Part shown: piece after piece, positions 17,746-27,181 of the stretch
Numbering within the stretch: the stretch's first letter is position 1
Layout of the letters: each line of letters starts with the position of its first letter
Assembly (NCBI RefSeq): GCF_008000775.2
Contig: NZ_CP042905.2
Coordinates: forward strand, 1,050,001 to 1,082,000
Length of the DNA: 32,000 nt
Reading direction: 5' to 3'
Source of the DNA: Promethearchaeum syntrophicum
GTDB lineage: Archaea > Asgardarchaeota > Lokiarchaeia > Sigyniarchaeales > Promethearchaeaceae
The notes under the pieces: model-generated
What the model was told of the DNA's origin: nothing
What the model saw: only the letters and a program-made list of their open reading frames with translations
Database searches by the model: none
Made by a program: the position numbers and the translations under genes

Positions 17746-18285
17746 ATGGATTACAAATGTAAAATGAGCATTATAGGTGATGAGAACGTTGGAAAAACCT
17801 CCATAATTCTAAGATATTTAAACAACACATTTACAAATCAATATATAACCACTCTAGGGGCTGATTTCGTTGATAAAGTATATTTTAAATCTGATCTTCC
17901 TTCTCTTAACCCAGAAGATAGTTTAACAGTAACAATTTGGGATTTAGGAGGACAAAAATCCTTTCAAGAAATATCTACACTATATTGCGAAGGATCTGCA
18001 GGCATTATGATTGTTTTTGATGTGTCTAATGTAGAAACTTTTAATTCGGTTCCAAATTGGATCGATTTCGCTAAAAATTGCTGTCCCAAGGCTCAATTAG
18101 TATTAATCGGAAATAAAAGCGATTTAGAATCGACTATAGATGCCGATAAGATTCGAAATTTAGAAAAGGAAATTGGGAGTAAAGTATATTTTAGTTCAGC
18201 CAAAGTGAGTTTAACAAACAAACTCTCAAATATCAACAATATATTTGAAAATATGGCCGAAAACTTATTGAAAATTTCGCGATAA
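17746..18285 (+). CDS. Ras-superfamily (Rab/Arf-like) small GTPase
   Basis: G1 GDENVGKTS, G2 ITTLGADF, G3 WDLGGQ, G4 GNKSDL, G5 SSAK; 179 aa, no C-terminal prenylation cysteine. Confidence 0.95.
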   Translation: MDYKCKMSIIGDENVGKTSIILRYLNNTFTNQYITTLGADFVDKVYFKSDLPSLNPEDSLTVTIWDLGGQKSFQEISTLYCEGSAGIMIVFDVSNVETFNSVPNWIDFAKNCCPKAQLVLIGNKSDLESTIDADKIRNLEKEIGSKVYFSSAKVSLTNKLSNINNIFENMAENLLKISR

Positions 18286-18630
18286 TTTTTTTTCTTCTAA
18301 TTTAAGGGAACAAGAAGCTTTCTATCATCTATAATATGATCATTTACTACTGTAAGTTAATTTAATACAAAAAAAAAATTCGTGGTTAAAATCGTTTGAT
18401 GGAAAAAAAACTTATAAGTAGATATACAATATGAATGGTCCCTATGAGAAATTTTATCCGAAATAAGGAATATTAAATATTTCAACACGCCTCGATCATT
18501 TTCTATTACTCGAGTCATTTTATTTTTTGAATTAGAAAGACCAAATTAGAACTAAAATTTTCTTTCTCATTTTTCATTTTATTGAATAAATAACCTCGAA
18601 TTCAATTAATAATTTTTATCTGTAGTAAAA

Positions 18631-19041
18631 TTATAGAGTTAAGAGATCTTTTAGAACCGGTTGGGCATTTTCTATTGCCCAATCAAGTAATTTTGCTTGA
18701 TATTGCAAAGTTTCTATATCTTCTTCAGGTGGGGCGACTGTAGCTATTAAAAAGCTTGTACTCTCTAATTTTGAATTTATAACTACAACATTCCTGCATA
18801 TAATCGTTGCATCTGCATATTTTATCTTAATTTCGCGCATTTCTGAAGTTAAAGATAACTGTACCTTAGCTTCTGAGCACGTTTCAGAAAATAGTGCCAC
18901 TATTGGAGCGAGTGTTTTTTCATTTATCGCAGGTGTGGAAACCCCTGCCAGAGGAAGCCCATCGCTTTTTGCGAAAACGGCGGCTTTAAATCCATTTTCT
19001 GTTAATCCTTTCAATATCTCTTTTAAAATGTGAATACTCAT
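18631..19041 (-). CDS. Roadblock/LC7 domain protein
   Basis: MSIHILKEILKGLTENGFKAAVFAKSDGLPLAGVSTPAINEKTLAPIVALFSETCSEAKVQL...EIKIKYADATIICRNVVVINSKLESTSFLIATV. The ATG at 19041 is preferred over the TTG at 19056. Confidence 0.85.
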   Translation of the reverse strand: MSIHILKEILKGLTENGFKAAVFAKSDGLPLAGVSTPAINEKTLAPIVALFSETCSEAKVQLSLTSEMREIKIKYADATIICRNVVVINSKLESTSFLIATVAPPEEDIETLQYQAKLLDWAIENAQPVLKDLLTL

Positions 19042-19091
19042 AATTAAAAATCCCAATATTTGTTCGTATAATTTTATAATTTCCTTAGAAA

Positions 19092-19607
19092 TTAAAGTTT
19101 TTTTATGAAAGCGCTCACAAGCCCATTTTCTAAATTTAGAAAAGCTACCGAGGGTCGTGCTTCAGTTTCTCCAGTAAAACCTCTTAAATTTTTTTGAAAT
19201 CGAGGTTTTAATAAAGATCCCGGGTTTATCATCAATACTCCTTGAGGACTATCTTTAATTGAAGGTAAATGAGAGTGTCCATATATAAAAACTCTGATAG
19301 ATTTTTCAGGAAAAGATGCAAAATCATTAAGATCGTGTGTAATCCCGATTTTTATTCCTTCAAATTCCAGTGTTAATTTTTTAGGCCATTTAGAATTAAA
19401 ATCTACATTTCCAGAAACTGCATTAACTGGTTTTCCCGTTTCAGTTGATAGGTCATCAATAAATTGATCAACGCTGATATCACCTGCATGGATTATAGAA
19501 TCTACATCTTTGAAAATGGTTTTTAAAGTTTTAAGCAATTTCGGATATCCTACTGATTTCAATTGAGTTGCAGTAATATGCGAATCAGATAGAATACCGA
19601 TAATCAT
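19092..19607 (-). CDS. YfcE/MJ0936-like metallophosphoesterase
   Basis: IIGILSDSHIT, VDSIIHAGDIS, VNAVSGNVD, RVFIYGHSHLPS, VLMINPGSLLKPR. Confidence 0.92.
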   Translation of the reverse strand: MIIGILSDSHITATQLKSVGYPKLLKTLKTIFKDVDSIIHAGDISVDQFIDDLSTETGKPVNAVSGNVDFNSKWPKKLTLEFEGIKIGITHDLNDFASFPEKSIRVFIYGHSHLPSIKDSPQGVLMINPGSLLKPRFQKNLRGFTGETEARPSVAFLNLENGLVSAFIKKL

Positions 19608-19651
19608 AATTTTAACCTAAATCAATTTTTATAATCTAAATTCATTTAAAC

Positions 19652-20701
19652 TTAGAATAGACTCATTAACCATAATATAATTATCAAGGCAAAATCTAAT
19701 GCGAAAAATGCCTTATTTGGTATTTCAATAATATAGTCTTTAAAGAAATTAAATATCCCCTTAATATGTATAATCAAAGATTTCCTATATTTTACCAAGA
19801 AAACAATACTAAAAACAAAGATAGGCAAGTATATTATTAAAAAAGTTTCTTGCCAAAATGGAACTCCATCCATATTCCTTCTGAGAATAATCGCGGAAAT
19901 GACATTATTTGTCCAATGTGCAAAAATCAACGGCCATAATTGCTTTTTTGAGATATAGAAATATGCAGATGTAATTCCAATAACGGTTCCATTGAATCCC
20001 CACCAAAATGGATAGAAAATCGGACTTGCGCCTTCATATGGTAAAAAAATATAAGAAAAATGAGCCATACCGAATAAAAACGCACTAAAGATAAAAGCAG
20101 TGCTCTTATTTACCGTTTTTTCTCCCATATATATGTAAAATCCTCTAAAAACAAATTCTTCCCTTAAAGCAATAAAAAAATGAATAATAAATGTCATTAT
20201 TATCATCAGACCGATATCATACAGCAAATAATTTCCTAAAATAGATTCTGGTGATATAAGTGCATCTGCTTGATATTCCAATACATCCAATTTAAATATT
20301 AAAGGAATGACATAACTGAAGAAATCTAATGGAATATATATTACACAGATTAAAAACAAGGCAGATTTTAACTGAGAACGAAAATTTTTAAATGTAAATC
20401 CTTGAAATAATAATTTTAAGCTGGGATCTGCCTTTTCTTTAATACTAAGTGATTCTTTTTCAGATGCAGAATCGTCTTCGTCCAATCTTAAAAATGATTT
20501 ATTCATAAAATAAAATACAATCATGGCTGCAGATATATTCATTAAAGCATGACCTAAATAGGTCAAAATAATTCTCACGGGTTCATTTAATGGAATAAAA
20601 TCGAGAATTACATCAAAAATCATACGAAAAATAAAATAAAATACTGCTAGAAATATTATAGATAGAGCAAAATACATTCGTTTTTCAATATTTTTATCCA
20701 T
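19652..20701 (-). CDS. CPBP-family intramembrane metalloprotease-like membrane protein
   Basis: ALREEFVFRGFYIYMGEKTVNKSTAFIFSAFLFGMAHFSYI...WPLIFAHWTNNVISAII (EExxxR, HxxxN-type motifs) in a multi-TM protein. Confidence 0.88.
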   Translation of the reverse strand: MDKNIEKRMYFALSIIFLAVFYFIFRMIFDVILDFIPLNEPVRIILTYLGHALMNISAAMIVFYFMNKSFLRLDEDDSASEKESLSIKEKADPSLKLLFQGFTFKNFRSQLKSALFLICVIYIPLDFFSYVIPLIFKLDVLEYQADALISPESILGNYLLYDIGLMIIMTFIIHFFIALREEFVFRGFYIYMGEKTVNKSTAFIFSAFLFGMAHFSYIFLPYEGASPIFYPFWWGFNGTVIGITSAYFYISKKQLWPLIFAHWTNNVISAIILRRNMDGVPFWQETFLIIYLPIFVFSIVFLVKYRKSLIIHIKGIFNFFKDYIIEIPNKAFFALDFALIIILWLMSLF

Positions 20702-20731
20702 GATTATAATCCCTTTACTTAATTAAATCGG

Positions 20732-21919
20732 TTAATATTTAAATTTGCCCACAGTTGATGTAATTGTCAGTTGATTTTCATTTTGTACATTAGATTTTTC
20801 AAGTCGTCCAATTATTCTGGCATCGACTGAAAATTTCCTTGCCATGGGGATAATTATATTTTTAGCATATTCTTTGGTGCAAATAATTTCTAATAAATTA
20901 CCCATATTAAATACTCGATACATTTCGTCCCAAGGTGTTTTTGATGATTCCTGAATCATAGAAAATAATGGAGGTATTGGAAATAAATTATCTTTAATAT
21001 AGTGGATTTCATGTCCAAATTTCAAACATTTTGTCTGCCCGCCGCCCGTATTATGAAAAATTGCATGAATTTTTCTATAATCTTCCTTGAAAATCTCCAT
21101 TAGAATCGGTGCAAAAGTTCTTGTAGGAGATAATAATGCTTCACCTACAGATAGTGGTGTGTCAGGAACTTTATCGTTTAAATCATGTTTTCCGAAGAAA
21201 ACAAATTCTTTATCAATTTCAGGAGCGAAACATTCTGGGTATTTTTCATAATATTTATGATTTAATAAACCATGGCGAGCTAAAGTTAATCCGTTGCTAC
21301 CGATTCCAGAGTTATATTCTATATTTTCATAACTTGTTTTTCCAAAGCTGCTCAAACCAACTATAACATCACCTTCACGAATTGTTTTTGGATTAATAAC
21401 ATCCTTTCTCTTCATTCGTGTAATTAAAGTGCTGTCTACAATCAAAGTTCGAACAAGATCTCCAACATCGGCAGTTTCTCCCCCTCCAGTGTAAATGGGG
21501 ATACCATGATCTCTTAATTTTTTAACATATTCTTCATAAGATTGAATTATTTTTGCAATAATTTCTCCCGAAATTATTTTTTTATTGCGTCCAATCGTGT
21601 TTGATAACAGAATCGAAGTAGGTTTTCCTACGCAAATAATATCATCGAGATTCATTATTACACTATCTTGAACTATACCTTTGAAATATGATAGATCTTT
21701 TGTTTCTTGATACATCATATATGCTAAAGTGGATTTTGTTCCTGCCCCATCTGCATGAAGTATCGAACAAAATTCATTATCCAGAGCAATATCTTCAATA
21801 ATTTTACAAAAAGCTGAAGGAAATAATCCTTTGTCAATATTTTTTAAAGCCGAATGTACATCTTCTTTTTGCGAAGATACACCTAGATTTTCATATGAAG
21901 GTATTTTTTTTTGGGACAT
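20732..21919 (-). CDS. purM: Phosphoribosylformylglycinamidine cyclo-ligase (AIR synthase), Bacteroidota-like long form
   Basis: YENLGVSSQKEDVHSALKNIDKGLFPSAFCKIIEDI...HADGAGTKSTLAYMMYQETKDLS...GGGETADVGDLVRTLIVDSTLITRMKR...VFNMGNLLEI. Confidence 0.87.
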   Translation of the reverse strand: MSQKKIPSYENLGVSSQKEDVHSALKNIDKGLFPSAFCKIIEDIALDNEFCSILHADGAGTKSTLAYMMYQETKDLSYFKGIVQDSVIMNLDDIICVGKPTSILLSNTIGRNKKIISGEIIAKIIQSYEEYVKKLRDHGIPIYTGGGETADVGDLVRTLIVDSTLITRMKRKDVINPKTIREGDVIVGLSSFGKTSYENIEYNSGIGSNGLTLARHGLLNHKYYEKYPECFAPEIDKEFVFFGKHDLNDKVPDTPLSVGEALLSPTRTFAPILMEIFKEDYRKIHAIFHNTGGGQTKCLKFGHEIHYIKDNLFPIPPLFSMIQESSKTPWDEMYRVFNMGNLLEIICTKEYAKNIIIPMARKFSVDARIIGRLEKSNVQNENQLTITSTVGKFKY

Positions 21920-21935
21920 TTTAATCAGATAGTTC

Positions 21936-23321
21936 TCAAAGCTCTATTTGGTATTTCTTTTTTAAAATTTCAATTAAATTCTCAACTTGACTAACCGCAC
22001 TTCCTAAATAATTCTCGGGCTTAAGTAATTCATCTAATTCGTTTTCTGTAAATTTGTCTTTGATAGAAATATCCTTTATTAATATCTCTTTCATTGGTAA
22101 ATTTAATTCACGAGCTTTGATCGCTGCTAATCTAAGGATTTCATGGCCTTCTTGTCTTCCTATTCCCTTATTTACCATATCTACCATAATTTTTTCAGCT
22201 AAAAATGCCCCATGAGTAAAATTTAAATTACGTTGAATTGCTTGAAGATTAAATTCCTCCCATTCTAAAATTTGGGCTAATTGATGAAGCATATAATCCA
22301 AAAGTATGAAATTTTCAGCAAAGATGATTCTTTCATTAGCCGAATTTGTTAAATCTCTTTCATCTTCAAGACCAATATTATCTATTCCGATGATAATATT
22401 CGATTTTAGCACTCTAGCAATGGAACAGAGGCGTTCAGCTTTGTGGGGATTTCGCTTATGAGGCATAGTTGAGCTACCTACTTGTTTTTTTCCAAATGCT
22501 TCGAACATCTCTCCAATTTCTGTTCTTTGTAGAATTCTCATTTCCCGTGCGATTTTATCTATAGTTCCCCCAATTAATGCCGTTAAATTTAAAACTTCTG
22601 CATGTCTATCACGTTGAATAACTTGATTTTCGATTGTGGCTGGTGTTAAAGGAATGTTAAATTCGTGTGCCAATATTTCCATAACTTTCTTTTGAATTTT
22701 AACACCGTCTTCTCCGAAAGATGCCATGGTTCCTACTGCACCGGACATTTTACCAACTGCAATTCTTGGGCGAATTTGATCTATTCTCTCAAGATGACGC
22801 GCAATTTCAGATGCCCATACACCAAATCTCATTCCATAGGTAGTAGGTAATGCTTGTTGTCCGTGAGTTCTTCCAACACAAATTAGTTTTTTATTTTTAT
22901 CCGCTTGTTTTATTAAAATTTTTAATACTCGGTGAATGGTTTTGGTTAATACATCTAATGAATTAACCATTTGGATCGCAGTGGCTGTATCCTCAATATC
23001 ATAAGACGTTGCTCCAAGATGAATGTATTTTCCTGCATTTCCTTCACATTTTTCACTAAGGGCTCTAACCATTGCCATTAAATCATGATGAATTTCATCT
23101 TCAATTTCTTTTACCCGTTCTAATTTAACAAATTCAAGATTTGCTTTACGATCTATTTCTTCTGCTTCATTTTTTGGTATTCTCTCTAAAGAAGCATGAG
23201 CATGCGCCAAAGCTGCTTCAACACGGAGCCATCTATAAAGTTTAGCACTTTGTGTAAAAATTTTAGCCATTTCCTTTGTTTTATATCGATTTTCAATCGG
23301 ATGTATCGTGTCATTCATCAT
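21936..23321 (-). CDS. purB: Adenylosuccinate lyase
   Basis: HPIENRYKTKEMAKIF, CVGRTHGQQALPTTYG, signature GSSTMPHKRNPHKAERLCSIAR, LTNSANERIIFAENFILLDYML. Confidence 0.94.
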   Translation of the reverse strand: MMNDTIHPIENRYKTKEMAKIFTQSAKLYRWLRVEAALAHAHASLERIPKNEAEEIDRKANLEFVKLERVKEIEDEIHHDLMAMVRALSEKCEGNAGKYIHLGATSYDIEDTATAIQMVNSLDVLTKTIHRVLKILIKQADKNKKLICVGRTHGQQALPTTYGMRFGVWASEIARHLERIDQIRPRIAVGKMSGAVGTMASFGEDGVKIQKKVMEILAHEFNIPLTPATIENQVIQRDRHAEVLNLTALIGGTIDKIAREMRILQRTEIGEMFEAFGKKQVGSSTMPHKRNPHKAERLCSIARVLKSNIIIGIDNIGLEDERDLTNSANERIIFAENFILLDYMLHQLAQILEWEEFNLQAIQRNLNFTHGAFLAEKIMVDMVNKGIGRQEGHEILRLAAIKARELNLPMKEILIKDISIKDKFTENELDELLKPENYLGSAVSQVENLIEILKKKYQIEL

Positions 23322-23340
23322 TTTTCCACTCTCATATATT

Positions 23341-23775
23341 TTAAATTAATAATAAATTAAAAGTGCCAGTATAGTTTTCATTAGCTGATTTATAAAACCT
23401 CACATCTCCAGTTAATATAGTATCATCTGTGTGTAAAGTTCCCATAAACGCAAAAAAATAACCAATTTCTTCAGCCATAAAAGAAAATTGGACATCTTCC
23501 CTTCTACAAATATAATCTCCTTCATAAGTAAGAGTATCGTTTGAAAAATTCATTGTTCCATTGATTAATCCAAATCCATCAAAATAGATTTCCATTGAAA
23601 TTACAGGTTGATTTTCTATTGTTAACGACCCCGAAAATCTTCTTGAAGTTAATCGTTCATTATCAAAATTATTATTTGCGATGAGAAAATTAATAAAAAC
23701 TATGGAAGTGATTATAACCAAGATTAAAAGTATTAGAGTTATTCCTCGATTAGTCGTAATTTTCTTACTATCCAT
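23341..23775 (-). CDS. Hypothetical protein with N-terminal TM anchor and predicted beta-rich extracellular part
   Basis: GITLILLILVIITSIVFINFLI near the N-terminus; remainder beta-rich (LTGSLTIENQPVISMEIYFDGFGLINGTMNF). First gene of the purB/purM same-strand run. Confidence 0.6.
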   Translation of the reverse strand: MDSKKITTNRGITLILLILVIITSIVFINFLIANNNFDNERLTSRRFSGSLTIENQPVISMEIYFDGFGLINGTMNFSNDTLTYEGDYICRREDVQFSFMAEEIGYFFAFMGTLHTDDTILTGDVRFYKSANENYTGTFNLLLI

Positions 23776-23963
23776 CTACAATGCGTACAATGTTTGGTTT
23801 TTCATAAATTTTTTTTATTTTTAAAACCTTTTCTACATGGAAGTGAGACCTAACAATTTATAAAATAATTAAATGCTCTAAATGTGGTTGTCCTCAATAT
23901 ATTTCAAGTTCGCAGAGATCTCGCCGATGTCCAAAATGTAGAACAGTCTTAAATTGCTCAAGA

Positions 23964-24395
23964 ATGAATGTATTTGCAAAGGCATTAACAATTAAAGAAG
24001 CCTCCCAACTCGTTAGATCTATGAAGACTCCCAATGAAGTTGAGCAAAGAATTAACAAATTAAAAACTCTCTCTTCAATCAATGATTCTAAAAACAAATA
24101 CCACCTTTTAGGAAAATTAATAACTGAACTTCTTGCAATTTTTCCCAATACTATGCCAAAATTCTATCTAATAGAGAAAGGGGAAAAAGAATTTAGTTTA
24201 CAAGAAGAGTTTATAGAAAAAGTAATAGAAAACTTAAATAAAATCGGGCTAGTTCTTATAAATAAGATCGATAATAAAGTTGTTTTAAAATTTCCCAGCA
24301 TTCCGTTTTCAGCTATGAACGGGAAGCTTAATGTTTCACACCCAAACCCTATAAAAAATCGTCATGGAAGAAGTAAAAAAACCAAAAAGAAATGA
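23964..24395 (+). CDS. Hypothetical 143-aa protein
   Basis: Complete ORF with ATG start just upstream of tldD; basic C-terminal tail (RHGRSKKTKKK). Confidence 0.5.
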   Translation: MNVFAKALTIKEASQLVRSMKTPNEVEQRINKLKTLSSINDSKNKYHLLGKLITELLAIFPNTMPKFYLIEKGEKEFSLQEEFIEKVIENLNKIGLVLINKIDNKVVLKFPSIPFSAMNGKLNVSHPNPIKNRHGRSKKTKKK

Positions 24396-24399
24396 TAAT

Positions 24400-25794
24400 A
24401 TGGAGCAAATTTCCTTAGAACCAAACGACCTGAGCTTTCTTCGTGATCTAGCTAATAATCAAGGTATTCAATATTTCAATGCTAGATTTACAAGCGGTCA
24501 AACCACATTATTCTCTTTACTTGATGGAATATCCAAATCCTCAAGCTCTGGGATTGGAAAAGGATTTTCCATCCAAGCTTACACCAGAGGAGGTTGGGGT
24601 CTCGCAGTTGGAAAAGATTTCACAAAGGCATCAATCGAAAGTATATTTATTAAAGCGAGTAAATTGGCAAAATTTAGTTCCAAATTTTCAAAAGGAAATT
24701 ATGTAATTAACCCGACTTCCAATTCTAAAATATATCATGAAATAAAACAAAAAATCCCTTTACTTTCAATTTCCCTTGATGAGAAAATGAAATTACTTCT
24801 CGATATTGAAAAAAATGCCCACATTGATTCCAGAATTGTATCTACTCTTATAAATTATTCAGATGGAGAGAGTGAGAAAATTACTTTCAATAATTTCGAC
24901 CAATTTATTAGAAGAAAAGAAAGCGGTTTACTACTTAATATGCAAGCAATTGCGAAGCAAAATGGAAAGCAAGAAGGCTATTTTCTGAATAAAGGCGGTT
25001 TGGGAGGTTATGAAATTTTACAAAAATCACAAAATATCGGTATAGAAGCAGCCAAAAACGCTTTAGAATTACTTGGCTCGAAACCTGCAAAACCTGGAAA
25101 ATTTGATATAATAATGGATCCTTCTTTAAGTGGTACATTTGTTCATGAAGCATTTGGTCATGCTGCTGAAGCCGATGGTGTAATCGCTGGGGAAAGTATA
25201 TTAGCGGATAAAATGAATAAGAAAATTGGAAAAGATATTGTTACCATTATCGATGATGGTTCAATCGAAGATCAATTTGGGTTCACACCTTATGATGATG
25301 AGGGTACTAAGGGCCAAAAAAATGTTATTGTAAAAGATGGTGTGTTAGTTGGTTTCATGCATAATTTGGAAACAGCTTCTAAAATGGGAGTAAAACCAAC
25401 AGGAAATGCCCGAGCTATGAATATTTCTAGTAGTCCACTTGTAAGGATGACAAATATATATCTAGAACCTGGAAACGCAACTTTAGAAGAAATGATTCAA
25501 GAAGTAAAAAATGGATTATTATGCGTTGGTTGGACTTATGGATATTGTGAAATAACGGGACAATTTATGTTTAAGATGGCAAAAGCTTATTTAATTGAAA
25601 ACGGAGAGAAAACACAAGTAATTAAAGATGCTGCTATAAGTGGGTTGACTTTATCGGTATTAAAACGTATAAAAATGCTGAGCAAAGATTATGAAATGGA
25701 TCCTGGTCATTGTGGGAAGGAAGGGCAATCAGTTTCTGTTGGAAGTGGCGGACCGTATACATTAATTAAAGATATGGTAATCGGAGGTCAATAA
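24400..25794 (+). CDS. tldD: TldD family metalloprotease
   Basis: GTFVHEAFGHAAEADGVIAGESIL zinc motif (HExxxH), GFTPYDDEGTKGQKNVIVKDGVLVGFMHNLETA. The ORF track starts at 24364, overlapping the upstream gene; ATG at 24400 removes that overlap. Confidence 0.93.
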   Translation: MEQISLEPNDLSFLRDLANNQGIQYFNARFTSGQTTLFSLLDGISKSSSSGIGKGFSIQAYTRGGWGLAVGKDFTKASIESIFIKASKLAKFSSKFSKGNYVINPTSNSKIYHEIKQKIPLLSISLDEKMKLLLDIEKNAHIDSRIVSTLINYSDGESEKITFNNFDQFIRRKESGLLLNMQAIAKQNGKQEGYFLNKGGLGGYEILQKSQNIGIEAAKNALELLGSKPAKPGKFDIIMDPSLSGTFVHEAFGHAAEADGVIAGESILADKMNKKIGKDIVTIIDDGSIEDQFGFTPYDDEGTKGQKNVIVKDGVLVGFMHNLETASKMGVKPTGNARAMNISSSPLVRMTNIYLEPGNATLEEMIQEVKNGLLCVGWTYGYCEITGQFMFKMAKAYLIENGEKTQVIKDAAISGLTLSVLKRIKMLSKDYEMDPGHCGKEGQSVSVGSGGPYTLIKDMVIGGQ

Positions 25795-25797
25795 AAA

Positions 25798-27177
25798 ATG
25801 ACAAATAAATTATTATTTTTTAATCCCGACTATTTTGCATCATTATTCGAAAAAATATCAAAAAAATTGGATAAATATAATGGGATAAAGCACTATGAAA
25901 TGTATTCTTCATCGAATAAGCAAACAACCATTTCTTATGAAGAAGGATTTATCAAGAAAGCTTTTAAAAAGAATTCAAGTGGTATGGGTTTAAGATTAAT
26001 TGGGCTGAATGGAAAAGAGGGGATGACTTTTACATCGGATTACTCTGATTCAGCAATAGAACGTATCATTAAAGATGGAAGGATAATGATGAGAGTTTCT
26101 ACAGAAAACCCCGAATTTAAAAATCTTGCAATTCCTTCCAAAAATTATAATTCTGTTGAAGATATTTACGATCCTGAAATAGATAATTTAAACTTGGAGG
26201 AAATCAAGGATATAATTAATCCGATTTTTGATTTAAAAAAGAAAGAAATTGCTCTACATTCACTTTCGGGAAATTTTTCTTCATCAATTCAAAGTGTTTA
26301 TATTTTCAATTCAAATGGTATTAACCAAAACGAAAAAAAATCTTCCGTAAATATAAATTCAGAAATTTCTCTATTAGGAAATAGCGGATTTCCAAGTAGT
26401 GGGTTTAGCTGGCAATCAGAATCTCATTTAAAAGATTTATCAGTTGAAAATGTTGCAGAAAAAAGTTACCAAATGGCTTATCGTGGTTTAGATAAAATTT
26501 CTGTTGAAACTGGTAAATATCCTGTTCTTCTATCTCCATTAGCAGTGGCCTTTTTCCTAGTTGATCCTATATCCAAAGCAATTAATTCCGAAGCTGTTCA
26601 ACATAAAATGTCATTTTTAGGGGATCATTTAAATGAAGATATTGGTGTTAAATCATTCACTTTAATTGATGATCCTCATATTCCTGGAAAACTAAGTACA
26701 TCCTCTTTTGATTGTGAAGGTGTTGCTACTAAACCAATTAAAATTATAGATAAAGGCGTTCTTAAGGATTTTTATTATAATTCTTTTACTGCAGGAATAG
26801 AAGGGATTGAAACAAATGGTCACGCTTCAAGATCTCATTACTCGAGTACTTTAGGGATTTCCAATCATAATTTAATTATGTCTGAAGGAAAAGAAAAATG
26901 GGAAGAAATTTTATCTGGAATTAAAAAAGGGATTTATTTTGATTATACTGGAGATAGTCCGAATTATGTCTCGGGAGATTTTTCAGGATTAATTTTAACA
27001 GGGAGTCTCATTGAAGATGGAAAAATTACGAAATCACTATCGGAAGCATTAATCGGGATTAATTTGTTAGATGCTTTTAAAAAAATAGAAACGATAAGTA
27101 AGGAACGAATATGGATTGATGAAGCCTACGTTCCTTGGGTGAAATTATCCGAAGCAACGATCTCCGGTCGGAAATAA
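25798..27177 (+). CDS. tldE: TldE/PmbA family protein
   Basis: YPVLLSPLAVAFFLVDPISKAINSEAVQHKMSFLGDHLNEDIG..., FDCEGVATKPIKIIDKGVLKDFYYNSFTAG; immediately follows tldD. Confidence 0.9.
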   Translation: MTNKLLFFNPDYFASLFEKISKKLDKYNGIKHYEMYSSSNKQTTISYEEGFIKKAFKKNSSGMGLRLIGLNGKEGMTFTSDYSDSAIERIIKDGRIMMRVSTENPEFKNLAIPSKNYNSVEDIYDPEIDNLNLEEIKDIINPIFDLKKKEIALHSLSGNFSSSIQSVYIFNSNGINQNEKKSSVNINSEISLLGNSGFPSSGFSWQSESHLKDLSVENVAEKSYQMAYRGLDKISVETGKYPVLLSPLAVAFFLVDPISKAINSEAVQHKMSFLGDHLNEDIGVKSFTLIDDPHIPGKLSTSSFDCEGVATKPIKIIDKGVLKDFYYNSFTAGIEGIETNGHASRSHYSSTLGISNHNLIMSEGKEKWEEILSGIKKGIYFDYTGDSPNYVSGDFSGLILTGSLIEDGKITKSLSEALIGINLLDAFKKIETISKERIWIDEAYVPWVKLSEATISGRK

Positions 27178-27181
27178 CCAA

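Noticed and set aside
18661-18682. Hairpin TTGGGCA-N8-TGCCCAA
   Set aside because: Lies inside the Roadblock coding sequence (encodes WAIENAQP); more likely chance than a regulatory element.
23894-24148. 84-aa minus-strand ORF opposite the start of the 143-aa gene
   Set aside because: No motif and overlaps a longer ORF that sits properly before tldD; kept out for lack of support.
24364-24399. Annotated 5' extension of tldD overlapping the upstream ORF
   Set aside because: The 12 extra residues (MEEVKKPKRNDN) look like read-through of the upstream Lys-rich tail region; ATG 24400 is the simpler start.
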